A DNA stretch of 64,000 nucleotides, taken from the NCBI GenBank assembly GCA_964016885.1, contig OZ024742.1:234980001-235044000 (forward strand), in the 5' to 3' direction. Positions 24,961 through 37,255 of this stretch are shown piece by piece (the first letter of the stretch is position 1; each line of letters begins with the position of its first letter). Under the pieces are notes generated by a model. That model saw only the letters and a list, made by a program, of their open reading frames with translations. It was not told the origin of the DNA and searched no databases. A program made the position numbers and the translations under genes. The stretch is from Eledone cirrhosa (lineage: Eukaryota).

Positions 24961-27099
24961 GTTTGAGTTGACCATGACTGGCTTGTTTCAAGATACATTG
25001 TTCGAATATACTCAGTAATATCCTCAACTAAAGGCATTAGCAACCCTTTTCTGGCAGTATATCTTAGATTTTTACTCCTCATTTATCGATCCACATGACT
25101 AAAATAAGAATTCAGTATCATGTTACATTTAGCAAATCGTTAACGGAGGTCGAAAAAGTGCCGAAATGAAGGAAGAGAATAAACTGTTCAAATTAACTAG
25201 CACTCCTAAATATTATATTACAAAATTTTATTTTCCATATAACCAGGATGTCCTATTGACACGTTTAAACGACATCATGTGATTGTATGTTGTAAATAAA
25301 CTTTAATTCTAACAAGTTTTATTGTGGGTGGTATTTTCTCAAACTTAAGCAAATCATATACGTAATATAAGTAATGTTTATTTACTTTTGCTCTAAAATA
25401 ATTTGGGGTTTTTTAATACCAAAAGCAATACACTAGAAGAAATCGAACTTAATGTTGTACACGGTCAATTAATTATTTAGCACGTTTTATTTTCGTATCG
25501 TTTTTGTTAAAAAAAAAATACACACTTCCTCCTCTGTTTTTGGTATATTTCAAAATTCTTTTCTCAATTTCACCTTCCCCTCTTCATTGTTCTAACATCT
25601 CACTGATCTATTCTTGCACTTGTAGCGACGTGGTTAGTCAGTCTAGTCACTACTTCTGATCAGATCCGAGAATAGCCCTTAGAAGGACTGTTATCGCATA
25701 CGGTCTGATCAGATATGAAGATAGCCCTTAAAAGGACTGTTGTCGCATATAGCCCTTAAAAGAACTGTTGAGGATGGACAGACGAAAGCACAAGTTGAAA
25801 GGACGAAGCAAGGCGAGATGTAAATTCGATCAGCTATTTATTTTCACATGAAGCAACGATACGGGGTACAAGGCGTGTGTGAGTGACAAAGCGTGGCAGA
25901 GGCGAGGAACAACGATGCGCTAGCTGACTCTGCCAAAAGTCGACTACTGAAGTGTTGGGAACCACTCTATTTATACAGAAATAATCGTTTGATGTTTAGC
26001 CGCTGTGTAGGCGTTTATTCTGGTAGCTTTTAAGGGTTCTTTTGTTTCACGTTGAAGTAGCTAGCTAACAGGTAGATGGTGCTGTATATTTCACAGATGT
26101 TATTTCCGGTGGCTGTACATTATCCCCCTGCCAGATCTTTTGTACAACAAAAGAGCGAAATATCGTATAGTAATTGGCCAGTGGTGCATTTGTCATGACA
26201 ATGGCCCCAGGAGTGTCCAGCACGTTGTGAAATTTTGTGATCATCGAGTACAGGACAGAGTTGATGTAGAGATGATATGGCAAGATGTGTGTGTCAGGAA
26301 GAGAAAAAAGAAATAAACTATAAAATGACTTTGACCAGGTTTATGCAGGCATGATGAATGAGTCTGTTGCAATTTGGGTTGAGCTGCCTGTGAATTGCGT
26401 GACAAAAAGTCTAACTGGGCAGTGAAGATAACCGTAATGTGTGAACTGAATGGCCGTAAGCATGCTGCCTAAAAGTAACAGTTTGCTCCACCACATATGA
26501 CTTGAGCGAATGCATGTGGTAAAAAAATAGCGAGGCATTTTCGAGCTGTTGAGTGAATGTGTACGTGAAAACAGAAGGCCAATGTTTTGAGGATGCGATT
26601 TGTGAAATGCGTGATCAAAGAGAAAACATTTTGTAGTGTAAGAGTTAGAGGGACATAAATATCTATTGCTCCGTGTATGAACCAAAAGGTGAAACAAACG
26701 TGGTTTTGTAGTGTGCATGAAAAACAGAATATGTACACGCCTTGTATGTATATAAAATTTATGGCAATTACACAATCAATGTTACAGAACAAGAAAAATA
26801 AAAATGTTTACAAAACAAGAGAGAGAAGAAAAAAAAAACATGTTATACACAATGATATACACAATGTTTGTTCTTTAGTGTTTGTAATAAATAATATTCA
26901 TAATAAATAATGTTCTTCGTGACATGAGCACATGGTCAGTAAAAATTGTAATTGTTCAAGCAGAAAGTTCATTGTATTTGAAACTGGAAATAGTAAACAC
27001 AAGAAAAATGGAAATGTTTTGCACGAAGAATGATTAAGAAACTCATTTGAGGTTAACGGTAATTCACATATTGTGCCAATTTGGCGGGCCAATGGACGC

Positions 27100-28140
27100 G
27101 TTGTCCGCTTCTCGTGACTGGAGATGAAACAGGTGGCTCGCTGGGACAGCAATCTGTTGGAGTTTCTGGTGTAGAGACTGTAACAGTAGCCATGATGGCT
27201 TTTTTTAATCTGTCCACGCTGACAGAATTCTGTTTACCATCGAGAATAAAATATTTCGGATATTTTTTTTAGAACACGATAAGGGCCAGAATATGGAGGT
27301 CGAAGATGAGCTAAGATGGTGTCGTTTCGAACGAAAACGTGTGTCCAATCTTTAATGTCTGAAGGTACGTGTGTGGCCGTGTTCTGTTGACGGGTGCTTG
27401 CAGGAGCAAGGTGAGACATATATTGTCGAAGACGGTGTACGTATGATCCTGAGTCTGGAACATCCTGAGGAGAGATGGGAGCAACCATCTGACCAGGTAG
27501 AACCAGGGTGGTGCCGTACACTAATTCTGCAGGTGTGTGTCCGAATTCCTCCTTAACGGTGGATCGAATGCCCAGAAGGATGAGTGGTAGGTATTCAAAC
27601 CAGTGGGTCTTGTCTGGATATGCTTTTATTGCAGCTTTCAATTGACGATGGAATCTTTCCACGAGACCATTAGCTTGCGGGTGGTAAGCTGTCGTGCGGA
27701 TGTGTTTACATCCTAACAGGCGAGTCAGTTCCCTGAAGAGGTGGGAGTCAAACTGGCGTCCTCTGTCCGTTGTTATCTTCGCTGGGGCGCCATACCGTGA
27801 TACCCAGTGTAAAACCAAAGTTTTAGCGACTGTTTCTGCTGAGGTATCATTTATGGTAAAAGCCTCAGGCCAACGAGAAAATCGATCTATGCAGGTGAGC
27901 AAGTGTGTGTAGTTCTGTGATGGTGGTAGAGGTCCGACGATGTCGATATGCACATGATGAAAACGTGCATCAGGTTGCGCGAATGTGCCGAGTGGAGTTT
28001 TGATGTGTCTGTGGACTTTGGCTTTCTGGCAGGCAATGCAGCTCCTGGACCAGTCGCGCACGTCCTTCTTAATGTTAGTCCACACAAAACGAGCAGAGAT
28101 GAGTTTCTGTGTAGCCCGGATTCCCGGGTGAGACAAGCAG
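27100..28140 (-). pseudogene. Gypsy integrase (HHCC plus DDE), frameshifted from RT-RH
   Basis: SHPGIRATQ...[46 protein letters not shown]. Confidence 0.93.
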
Positions 28141-30110
28141 TGTAAAGCAGAAGAACTTGTCGACGATGCATCTGTGGTACGTACGGTCGTTCATGACCGG
28201 TAGAAAGGTCGCACCAAATTTGTCCCGGAGAAGAAGGAATGGGAACTTGCTGAAACTTGAGGGATGGCGAATCTCGGAGCTTGATAAACTCTTCGTCAGT
28301 CTCTTGGTCAGCTGCGATCTGTTGAAGGTCGATGCCTGAATGCACATGTATTGCGTTCAGCTGGATTCGGGACAGGGCGTCGGCTGCTACGTTGTCTGAT
28401 CCCTTGATATGCCGAATATCAGTTGAATATTGGGAGACAAAATCCAGGTGTCGGAGTTCTCTCGGTGAATATCGATCAGGTTTGGTACGGAACGCATAAA
28501 CTAATGGTTTATGGTCCGTGTAGATCACGAAATCTGATCCTTCGAGCATGTGCCGAAAATGCTTAACCGAAAGATAGGTTGCCAAGAGTTCGCGGCCAAA
28601 CGTACTGTATTTCGTTTCTGCCGGTTGCAACCGCTTAGAAAAGAAGGATAAGGGTTGCCACACGCCGTCGACATGTTGTTGTAGAACGCCTCCAACCCCC
28701 GTGTCTGATGCGTTCACTAGCAGCGAAAGAGGAGCGCCAGACCTGGGGAAAACGAGCATGGAAGCGTTTGCCAACATTTCCTTCAGGCGGTTAAAAGATG
28801 TTAATTCTTCCTCGTTTAGAGTGATCTCTTCGTTTTTGCAAGTCCGGTTACGAAGAAGGTCCGTGAGGAGTCTGGCTGCGTCGGAACAATGAGGGATAAA
28901 CCGCCTATAAAAATTCACCAGACCGAGGAATTCACGCAGTTTCCGAAGTGATGTAGGTGCGGGAAAACTGCGGATAGCTTCTACTTTCTCGGGAAGTGGA
29001 CGAATGCTGTCTTTATCGATGATATGCCCGAGAAAGGACAGTGAAGGGACGCCGAGAAGGCACTTGCTGGGGTTGATGATGATACCGTACTCAGCTAAAC
29101 GTTGGAAAAGGAGATCTAAGTGCTTCTCGTGTTCCTGCTCGGAAGTACTTGCTACCAACACGTCGTCAATATACGCGTATACGAAGGGTAGATCGCGTAA
29201 CACGGTGTCAATAAACCGCTGAAAAGTTTGTGCAGCGTTGCGCAGACCGAACGGCATTCGCAGGAATTCGAATAAACCGAACGGTGTTGTGATTGCGGTC
29301 TCCGGAATGTCTGCAGGCTCCATAGGTATCTGGTTATATGCACGCACCAAATCTACCTTGGAAAAGATGCGTGCGCCTTGCAGAGAGACAGAAAAATCGT
29401 GCAGGTGAGGTACAGGGTAATTATCGGGCACTGTAGAATTGTTAAGTGCACGATAATCCCCACATGGTCGCCAATCATTCTCGTTTTTTTTAGGAACAAG
29501 GTGCATATAACCAGATACCTATGGAGCCTGCAGACAGTTGCTGGAGGAAGGGCGAATGATTCCGAGGTCCAGCATGTGTTGGAACTCCTGCTTGGCGATT
29601 CTCAATCTGTCTGGAGGCAGTTTCCTTGGTCGAGCAGCTGTGGGTGGTCCCCTTGTCTCGATGTGGTGCGTGACACTATGCTTAATGGGACTATCCTTAA
29701 ATACCGGGCGAGTGATGTCTGGGTATTTCTGGAGAATGCCGTTGTACCGCGAAGGCTCTGACTCGCAAATTACAGGGCTCACTATGGATTGCGTGGTAAA
29801 TATACCTCTCACAGTGAGGTTTGTGGTGGTGTCGATAAGCCTCCGGTTCTTCATATCCACCAGAAGGTTGAAGTGGTGGAGAAAATCGGCTCCTAGGATA
29901 GGGGTCGGCAGGTCTGCCACGACGAACACCCATTGATAACGCCGCCTCAGGCCTAAATTGAGGGTCAGAGACTTCTCCCCGAAAGTCGGAATTGACGATT
30001 GGTTCACTGCCTGCAGAAAGGACGGGGTTGGGTGTCTTTTGCCCGAGATTAGTGAAACAGGAATAACACTAACCTGGGCTCCTGTATCCACGAGGTAACG
30101 GATGCCTGTC
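28140..30110 (-). pseudogene. Gypsy protease-RT-RNase H, disrupted
   Basis: [50 protein letters not shown] (catalytic D to N), [16 protein letters not shown]. Stop inside an inverted insert at 29501-29536. Confidence 0.93.
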
Positions 30111-31039
30111 GCCTGGTCGTTAATAAAAAATAGACGACTTTTCTTTTCAGTACCATGGGTGAACGTCGTCGCCAGGCCCTGGGTGGCATTCCGGAAAGAG
30201 CACGGGGCTTTGCACTTAGATGCCTGTGCGCCGAAATTTGTGTGTGATACCAGCAGAGGTTTCCAGGCACACGATTTTGACTGGGACTACTGGATCTTCG
30301 ACTGTGAAAAGGCCTGGATCGACTGTTGCTGCGTCACCGGTGTGTTTGAAAGGTCAGGTTCTCTACTTGATTTGAGAAGGCTTTAATTTGACCAGCCCGC
30401 TCTCTGATCATTGCCCGCAACTCTGAAATCTCGGCCTCTGTCGTTGGTTGCATATCCATGTTGGTATTTTCTTAGGTGCTATCTGGTCGCGCGTTCGACT
30501 CACGTCGGGGTCACCAATTGTAGCGTCGTGGTTAGTCAGTCTAGTAACTACTTCTGATCAGATACGAGAATAGCCCTTAGAAGGACTGTTATCGCATACG
30601 GTTTGATCAGATCTGAAGATAGTCCTTAAAAGGACTGTTGTCGCATATAGCCCTTAAAAGAACTGTTGAAGATGGACAGACGAAAACACAAGTTGAAAGG
30701 ACGAAGCAAGGCGAGATGTAAATTCGATCAGCTATTTATTTTCACATGAAGCGACGATACGGGGTACAAGGCGTGTGTGAGTGACAAAGTGTGGCAGAGT
30801 AAAGGAACAACGAGGCGCTAGCTGACTCTGCCAAAAGTCGACTACTGAAGTGTTTGGAACCACTCTATTTATACAGAAATAATCGTTTGATGTTTAGCCG
30901 CTGTGTAGGCATTTATTCTGGTAGCTTTTAAGGGTTCTTTTGTTTCATGTTGAGGTAGCTAGCTAACAGGTAGATGGTGCTGTATATTTCACAGATGTTA
31001 TTTCCGGTGGCTGTACACACTTTCATAGAATTTACTGTT

Positions 31040-31890
31040 TAAATGCCGAGGTTTGTGGCCGAAGCGACTAAGTTAGAGGCAGAGAACGTGTCGCAGCAGG
31101 TGGCGTCCCAGATGACGGATCTACCTCCTTCGAATGGGAAGAGGGTGATTCCGTCGGAGCGCTTGCTATCTCCGCGGTTTAGGCCTGCTGGCTCCAGTTC
31201 AGATGGAAAGCCAGTTGTGTCCAGGCTCTCAATATGTCGTTGAGAGCGGCGTGTTGGGGGAACCGGCCTGCGCTCTGGCGGCAAGACAGAGGGTGCAGGG
31301 CGAACTTGTCAATAACCGGCCGCAGCGGCATTTATGAGGCTCACACACGCGGAGGCCAAGGCGTTGGGCTACTCCGAGGTGAGTGCACTTATCATCAAGA
31401 AGGGTACCGGTTGATGAGTAGGGCACTGAATTGAGCCACGCACTGCTGATTGGCTGAGAAGCGGAGCAGAGGCAGGCGAGGCGGTGTTGGTCGAAGCCAG
31501 ACTCGATCCGCCTGACAGAGGACCTGCAATTGATGTCATCCCAGTTACGTTGGACCGTGGTATACTGGGGGATAGAGAGGCCTTTACCTGACCAGTAGAC
31601 CAGAACCTGTTCCATCTCAGGCACCAGGTCAGGTTCGGCCGTCTGGCTGAGGACCTTGCTGATGAGAGAGCGACAGGAGGAGATAGAGGAGAGGTAGCCA
31701 TGTAAAGCTAGGCCCGAACCTCGCTGGGGCTGTTGCCAGCCTGTAGTGTCGAAACTGACATTGCAGATGAGTTCCACACAGCGCCGAATGGTGGTGTCAA
31801 ATTCTCCGAGAAGATCTGCGTGAGGGGGGCAAGGTGCACCGCGCAACGTGAATGTGAGTTTGGGGAGGGCGAAACACAACATCCATCTCA
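31040..31890 (-). mobile_element. CRE-like RLE retrotransposon fragment
   Basis: FALPKLTFTLR, FDQHRLACL, AWLNSVP...GTLLDD, EPHKCRCG, EPAGLNRGDSKRSDGITLFPFEGGRSVIWDATCCDTF. Confidence 0.82.
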
Positions 31891-32582
31891 AAATCTCACA
31901 CTCATTTCCTCATATTTGGTACATCTCATAATTCTTATTGTTTTCCCGGCTCCCTCACTTCTGCTGTTTTATCTTTCTTTTCCATTGTATTTTCCTGCCT
32001 TTCACAAGGCCACACTCATCTCCGCACACACACAATTCCTCTCCATTTTTCTCTCTTTTTCTTTTTTTTTTCTTTTCTTTCCCACCTTTTCCACTTTATA
32101 TCCTTTCCTCGCGCACAGCCCACCTATGTCTTCGCTCGCCTCGTTAGTGGGCTGATGTTCTCATCGAACTATCACTTGTTATTGCTGATTAATAAAGTTG
32201 TCACCACTTTAACTTAATCCACTTTAGGTGGTGAAGGCATCTGTCGAGTGACCAAGAGACCTGCATGGTGGAACGACTTTGGGAGAAAAAGTCAGCCTTT
32301 GACTTATACTCCACCAACTTTGGCACACATGAGAGGAGCTAACTTGTCTCTCCCTATTCCCCACTCCTCTCCACCGTTAGATTCGAACGGAACTGACCCT
32401 GCTCACCCCACCACTCCTACAACAGCTAGCCCACCCCCAGCACTACCTAACCTCGGTTCTAGTCCCACCGTTAGAACCAATGCTGTTTACCCTGCCTCTA
32501 TTGCTAGTTCACTCCCTTGCCCAAATTCCAATGCTGACCCTCTAATGTCGGTAGCTACCAGCTCACCACCTGATTGTGCTTT

Positions 32583-32725
32583 TGATAACTTCTGCTATCT
32601 AGATAATCTAATTAGCAGGAGAGGAGGTTGCTCTCAACGTATAGTAGCTAGGATAAGAACAGGATGGGAAAAGTTGAGAAAGTTACTACCAATGTTGACA
32701 GTAAGAGGTTTCTCTCTAGGAGCAT
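32583..32725 (+). mobile_element. Short RTE fragment
   Basis: DNFCYLDNLISRRGGCSQRIVARIRTGWEKLRKLLPML. Confidence 0.75.
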
Positions 32726-33818
32726 AAGAATGCATGTACCTGAAGTATTCTTCTTGCTTATGAGAAAGATGTAATTATGTAAGGTAACCATGGTAGTGGG
32801 ATTAGGGTGTATTAGGGCCATATTCTCAGGTGGGCAGAGATCTGAACACTCAGTGCATGTTCAACAGTCTGCTCTGGTGATCCACAATGGCAAGCTGCTG
32901 ATAGACAAGACCCTCAGTGGTGCATGGCTGCATTGAATCAGCCAATGCCTGTGGGTAGCTAATTCAGGGACACCTACACCCTCTGAGGGAGGTTAGCACC
33001 TGGGAGGAGGGCCATATAGGGGTTGACATTTCAGTTGGGCAGGTTAAGTTGTCCATTGCTAGGTAGCTCTCCACTTCTGAAGCATGTTGAAGTCTGAGCC
33101 TGTTGAAATTGGAGCTTTGCTGTGAGATGAGAGAAAGGTTGGCATGACATCAAGCAATGTTGACCACGTAGTGGAGCAGATGACTTTGATTAACAACATA
33201 TGGGTGCAGGAGCAATGCCTGAGAGCATGAACAACAAATATAAACGCACACATAATTCCTACTTTTCCATCAAAATGGTTAAAGTTTGACTATAGAGTTT
33301 ACACTTTAAAAATAATCCACACCACTCATTTGAGTCAGTCAGACAGTGTTTCTATTACTACATTATCAAATGTGTCCTTTTTATAGAATTGTAAGGTGTG
33401 ATTTGTGGGAAATGTATTTACTGTTGCTTAGCAGGTCAAACACCTATATACAAACTCACTCATTGACAAAACAAAGTAGCTTATTATCACAACCATGACA
33501 CCTTGCCACTCCTAATACCTGTTACTTCATGTGTTATGAGGGAATTCATGATAAACTTGTTTAGCAAGTGATTTGTTTATTTTTCCTGACTACTTATGTA
33601 ATTAAAGCTTAATATATATATCTGTGTCATTGCAAAGTTATGATAGACATGTTAAGTACACAAAGACTTCCATTATATTCTTTTTTTTATGTTGGGTACA
33701 TAAAGAGAAACAAAAGAACATGCTCTGCCAATCCAAGGTATCGTTAGATAGGCCGTTCTTCAACAGTTTGGTAATGAGCATATCTAAAATTATCACTAGC
33801 ACCCTTTGGAATCCAGTT

Positions 33819-33910
<92 letters not shown>

Positions 33911-33926
33911 AGTACAACAATATATA

Positions 33927-35268
33927 AGAGTACAACAGATGCCCTCTTCTTGGTGAGACAAATGCAAGAGAGGTTCTTAGATAAGAATAAGCCACTATAC
34001 TTAGCCTTTGTTGACCTAGAGAAGGCCTTTGATAGGGTACCCCGATCTGTCATCTGGTGGTCCCTAAGGAAGCTAGGTGTTGAGGAATGGCTTGTGAGGA
34101 CAGTGCAAACTTTGTACAGAGGTACTCTCAGTAAAGTCAGGGTAGGAATGGAGTTTAGTGAGGAATTCCAGATACAAGTAGGAGTACATCAGGGTTCGGT
34201 CCTCAGCCCGCACTTGTTCATTATAGTCCTCCAAGCCATAACAGAGGAGTTTAAGACTGGCTGTCCATGGGAACTTCTCTATGCTGATGATCTGGCTCTT
34301 ATAGCAGAATCAGTAGAGGAGCTAGAGAATAAATTCCGGCTATGGAAACAGCAGTTGGAAGCAAGAGGACTGAGAGTAAATCTAGCTAAGACAAAAGTGT
34401 TGATGAGTAGAAAAGAGGACAAAACCCTGATTCCGTCAGGGAAATGGCCATGTTCGATATGCAGAAAAGGAACTGGCATAAATTCTATAAAATGCACACA
34501 ATGCAGGTCCTGGGTACACAAGAGATGTAGCGGGATAGCAGGCAAACTAACAGGTAGGGAGAAATATGTATGCAGTAGATGTACAGGGAAATTAGACAGT
34601 AGAAGTCGCACTGATAGACACATTTTTCAAATGCGAGAGGGCGCTATAGAAGTGGTGGATAGCTTCCGGTACCTAGGAGATCAGATTAGCATGGGAGGAG
34701 GGTGTTCCGAGGCCATAGTATCTAGAATAAGGACGGGTTGGAAGAAGTTTAGGGAGCTGCTTCCTCTGTTGACGAAGAAGGGTTTCTCCCTGCGTACGAA
34801 AGGCCGGTTGTATGATGCCTGTGTGAGGAGCGCGATGCTGCATGATAGTGAGACATGGGCAGCAACTGCAGAGGATATGTGACGGCTGGAGAGAAATGAG
34901 GCAAGCATGCTCCGTTGGATGTGCAGTGTAAATGTGCGTGAACGACCCAGCATAAATGTGTTGAGAGAGAAACTGTGTCTGAGAGGGATAGAATGTAGTG
35001 TACGAGGTGGTATGAACATGTGATGCGCATGGAGGATGACCGATGGGTGAAGAAGTGCCAGGAAATGCCAGTTGAAGGAAGACGTGGTAGAGGTAGACCA
35101 CGAAAAACATGGGCGGAGGTGGTGAGAACAGACCTCAGATCATTGAAGCTCACAGTGGAGATGACGAGGGACCGTGACGAGTGGAGAGATGCTGTGCTGA
35201 ATAAGACCCGTCCCACCCTTGCAAGCAGGGAAAAGCGGACGTAAAATGATGATGATGATGATGATGAT
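33927..35268 (+). mobile_element. RTE-clade LINE, 5'-truncated, relatively young, intact 3' end with (GAT)n tail
   Basis: About 318 open codons, KSTTDALF...FVDLEKAFDRVPR...HQGSVLSP...YADDL...C4HC3 insert...FRYLGD, then one TGA, a deletion, GRPRKTW and the GATGATGAT tail. Confidence 0.95.
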
Positions 35269-35317
35269 ATACACACATATATATATATTGTCTAATACTT
35301 TCTAACTGGGAAAATGG

Positions 35318-35343
35318 ATGTTAAAATGATGATAATGATGATG

Positions 35344-35377
<34 letters not shown>

Positions 35378-35403
35378 CATCATCATTATCATCATTTTAA
35401 CAT
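35318..35403. repeat. Perfect palindrome centred on (AT)n
   Basis: ATGTTAAAATGATGATAATGATGATGACAA-(TA)n-TTGTCATCATCATTATCATCATTTTAACAT. Confidence 0.92.
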
Positions 35404-35409
35404 ATTTAT

Positions 35410-35449
35410 GCCCTTGAGAAGCCCAACTGGGCGAAACGTACGTAGGTGC
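35410..35449 (+). ncRNA. Candidate minimal hammerhead ribozyme, U3-A8 core variant
   Basis: GCCC-TTGAGAA-GCCC(AACT)GGGC-GAAA-CGTACG-TA-GGTGC. Stem II perfect, stem III palindromic, stem I imperfect. AATAAA about 8 nt downstream. Confidence 0.6.
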
Positions 35450-35663
35450 TGTTTTAAATAAACATGTTTTAACGGTCTATTCTCCGATTTTTTACTTTCC
35501 CACGTGCTTACGCTCTGCTAACTCTCTAGCCCACTAAATATTAACACTTCGAATATTTAATACTGCCGGCACTAGTATCGAGCACCTTTGGCATACGCTA
35601 CTTGGCAAATAACTATATGTATCACCTATCCCCCCTTTTTTTTCCTCTTTCTCGATACGTAAA

Positions 35664-35704
<41 letters not shown>

Positions 35705-35954
35705 CATCATCATTATTTAATATCTATTTTCTATGCTTGCATGGATTAGACGGGTTGTCACATAATGAAACATATATATGTATATATATCATTGTCATCA
35801 TCATCATCATTTAACATCTACTCTTCCATCCTGGCATGAGTTAGACCAGTTATCCTGTTGTGAGCAATGCCATGGTCAGGTAACCATGTCATGCTCATAC
35901 AGAACCGATTTTGGCTTGGTTTCTACAGCTGCATGCCCTTCCTAGCGCTAACCT

Positions 35955-36200
35955 CATTTACAGGGAGTGCTTTTTGCTGTGACGCTTACATGACCACTTT
36001 ACAGTGTGGACTGGGTGCTTTTTGTCGTGACACCTACACGACCACTTTACAGTGTGGGCTGAGCACTTTTGCTGCACACAGCCACTTTACAGAGTGGACT
36101 GGGTGCTTTTTTTCCATGACACCTACAAAACTACTTTACAGTGAGTACAGGGTGCTTTTTGTCGTGATGCCTAGACAACCACTTTACAGTGTGGGTTGGT
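35955..36200. repeat. About 48-bp tandem repeat (about 5 diverged units) inside a minus-strand SINE/RTE-derived element
   Basis: Recurring CCACTTTACAGTGTGGACTGGGTGCTTTTTGTCGTGACACCTAC. Confidence 0.75.
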
Positions 36201-36289
36201 GGCTTCACTGGATGCATTTACTTTGGCCTGTCCTCATGGGGGTGTATGCAAGGGTGGGTTGGGACATACTGTATGTATGTAGGTTGGGA

Positions 36290-36880
36290 CATACTGTATG
36301 CTTTGGCTTGTGCCCGTGGAAAGTCAGGTCTTCCGTATTACTGTGTATCGCCAGAGATCTCGGTCATGTGTCATCACCTTTGAGAGGTGCAATTGGGCAA
36401 GGTCAGCTTTTATCACCTCATCCCAAGTCTTCCTGGATCTCCCCACTCCAAGGTTTTCATCGACTTTAAGTGCTCTGCACTTTTTTACGCAGCTGTCATC
36501 CTTCATACGCATCACATGTCCATACCAGCGCAATCTCCTCACCTGCACACAGCATTTGATTCCTCTTATGCCTAGTTTCTCTCTCAGTTTATTTATGCTT
36601 CGCCGTTCTCTTATATTATTATTACACATAGGCGGTGGATTGGCAGTATCGGTAGAGGGTCGGACGCCATGCTTTCCAGCATAGTTACGTCCCTTTACGA
36701 TCTGAGTTCAAATCCCACCGAGGTTAACTTTGCCTTTCATCCTTACGGGGTCGATAAAATAAAGTACCAGTAATGCACTGGGTAATTGCTGGCCTTGTGC
36801 CTAAAGTAGAAACAATTATTATTACACATCCATCGGAGCATGCAAGCTTGATTTCTTTCCAATCCACGCAAGTCTTCTGC
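36290..36880 (-). mobile_element. RTE 3' fragment interrupted by a SINE
   Basis: RRLRWYGHVMRMKDDSCVKKC...GRSRKTWDEVIKADL. Confidence 0.88.
36630..36814 (+). mobile_element. Full-length SINE family A with a 15-bp TSD
   Basis: ATTATTATTACACAT at 36615-36629 and 36815-36829. Insertion point confirmed against uninterrupted RTE copies (for example 52921-52950). Confidence 0.92.
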
Positions 36881-37198
36881 ACAATCTAACTATCTACCTA
36901 TATCTTCCAGTTATATTTCTCCCGAAAACTTGTAACTCTTTGCCTATTTATTTTTCAATCCATTTATTACGATGCTTTGTCCTTTATAAAAAAAGCCAAC
37001 TCACAAACTTGCCTTCTTCTCTCTCTTCATCATCATCATCAACATTCATTACAAGATGCGGAGCAATGCACCGACTCTCTCTTTCTCCACTTCCTGTTTC
37101 TACCTTCACACTTGTAAAATATAAATACTAAATCTGCTTGAAGCAATGGTGGACATGAAATCTTACAGCTAAGATCAACATGGCTTTTTATATCCCTA

Positions 37199-37255
<57 letters not shown>

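Larger units (their letters stand above)
25621..31017 (-). mobile_element. Ty3/Gypsy LTR retrotransposon, CsRn1-like, two LTRs, defective
   Basis: 499-bp TG...CA LTRs at 25621-26119 and 30519-31017 (about 18 mismatches by eye). TSD CACT. PBS TGGTGACCCCGACGTG (tRNA-Trp), PPT GGCAGGGGGA. Gag CWYH..FG..A.KC..PC motif, then PR-RT-RH-IN order. Confidence 0.96.

Noticed and set aside
30491-30516. tRNA-Trp gene
   Set aside because: Only the 3' end with CCA is present, adjacent to the LTR; this is the primer-binding site. SINE heads likewise are not full tRNAs.
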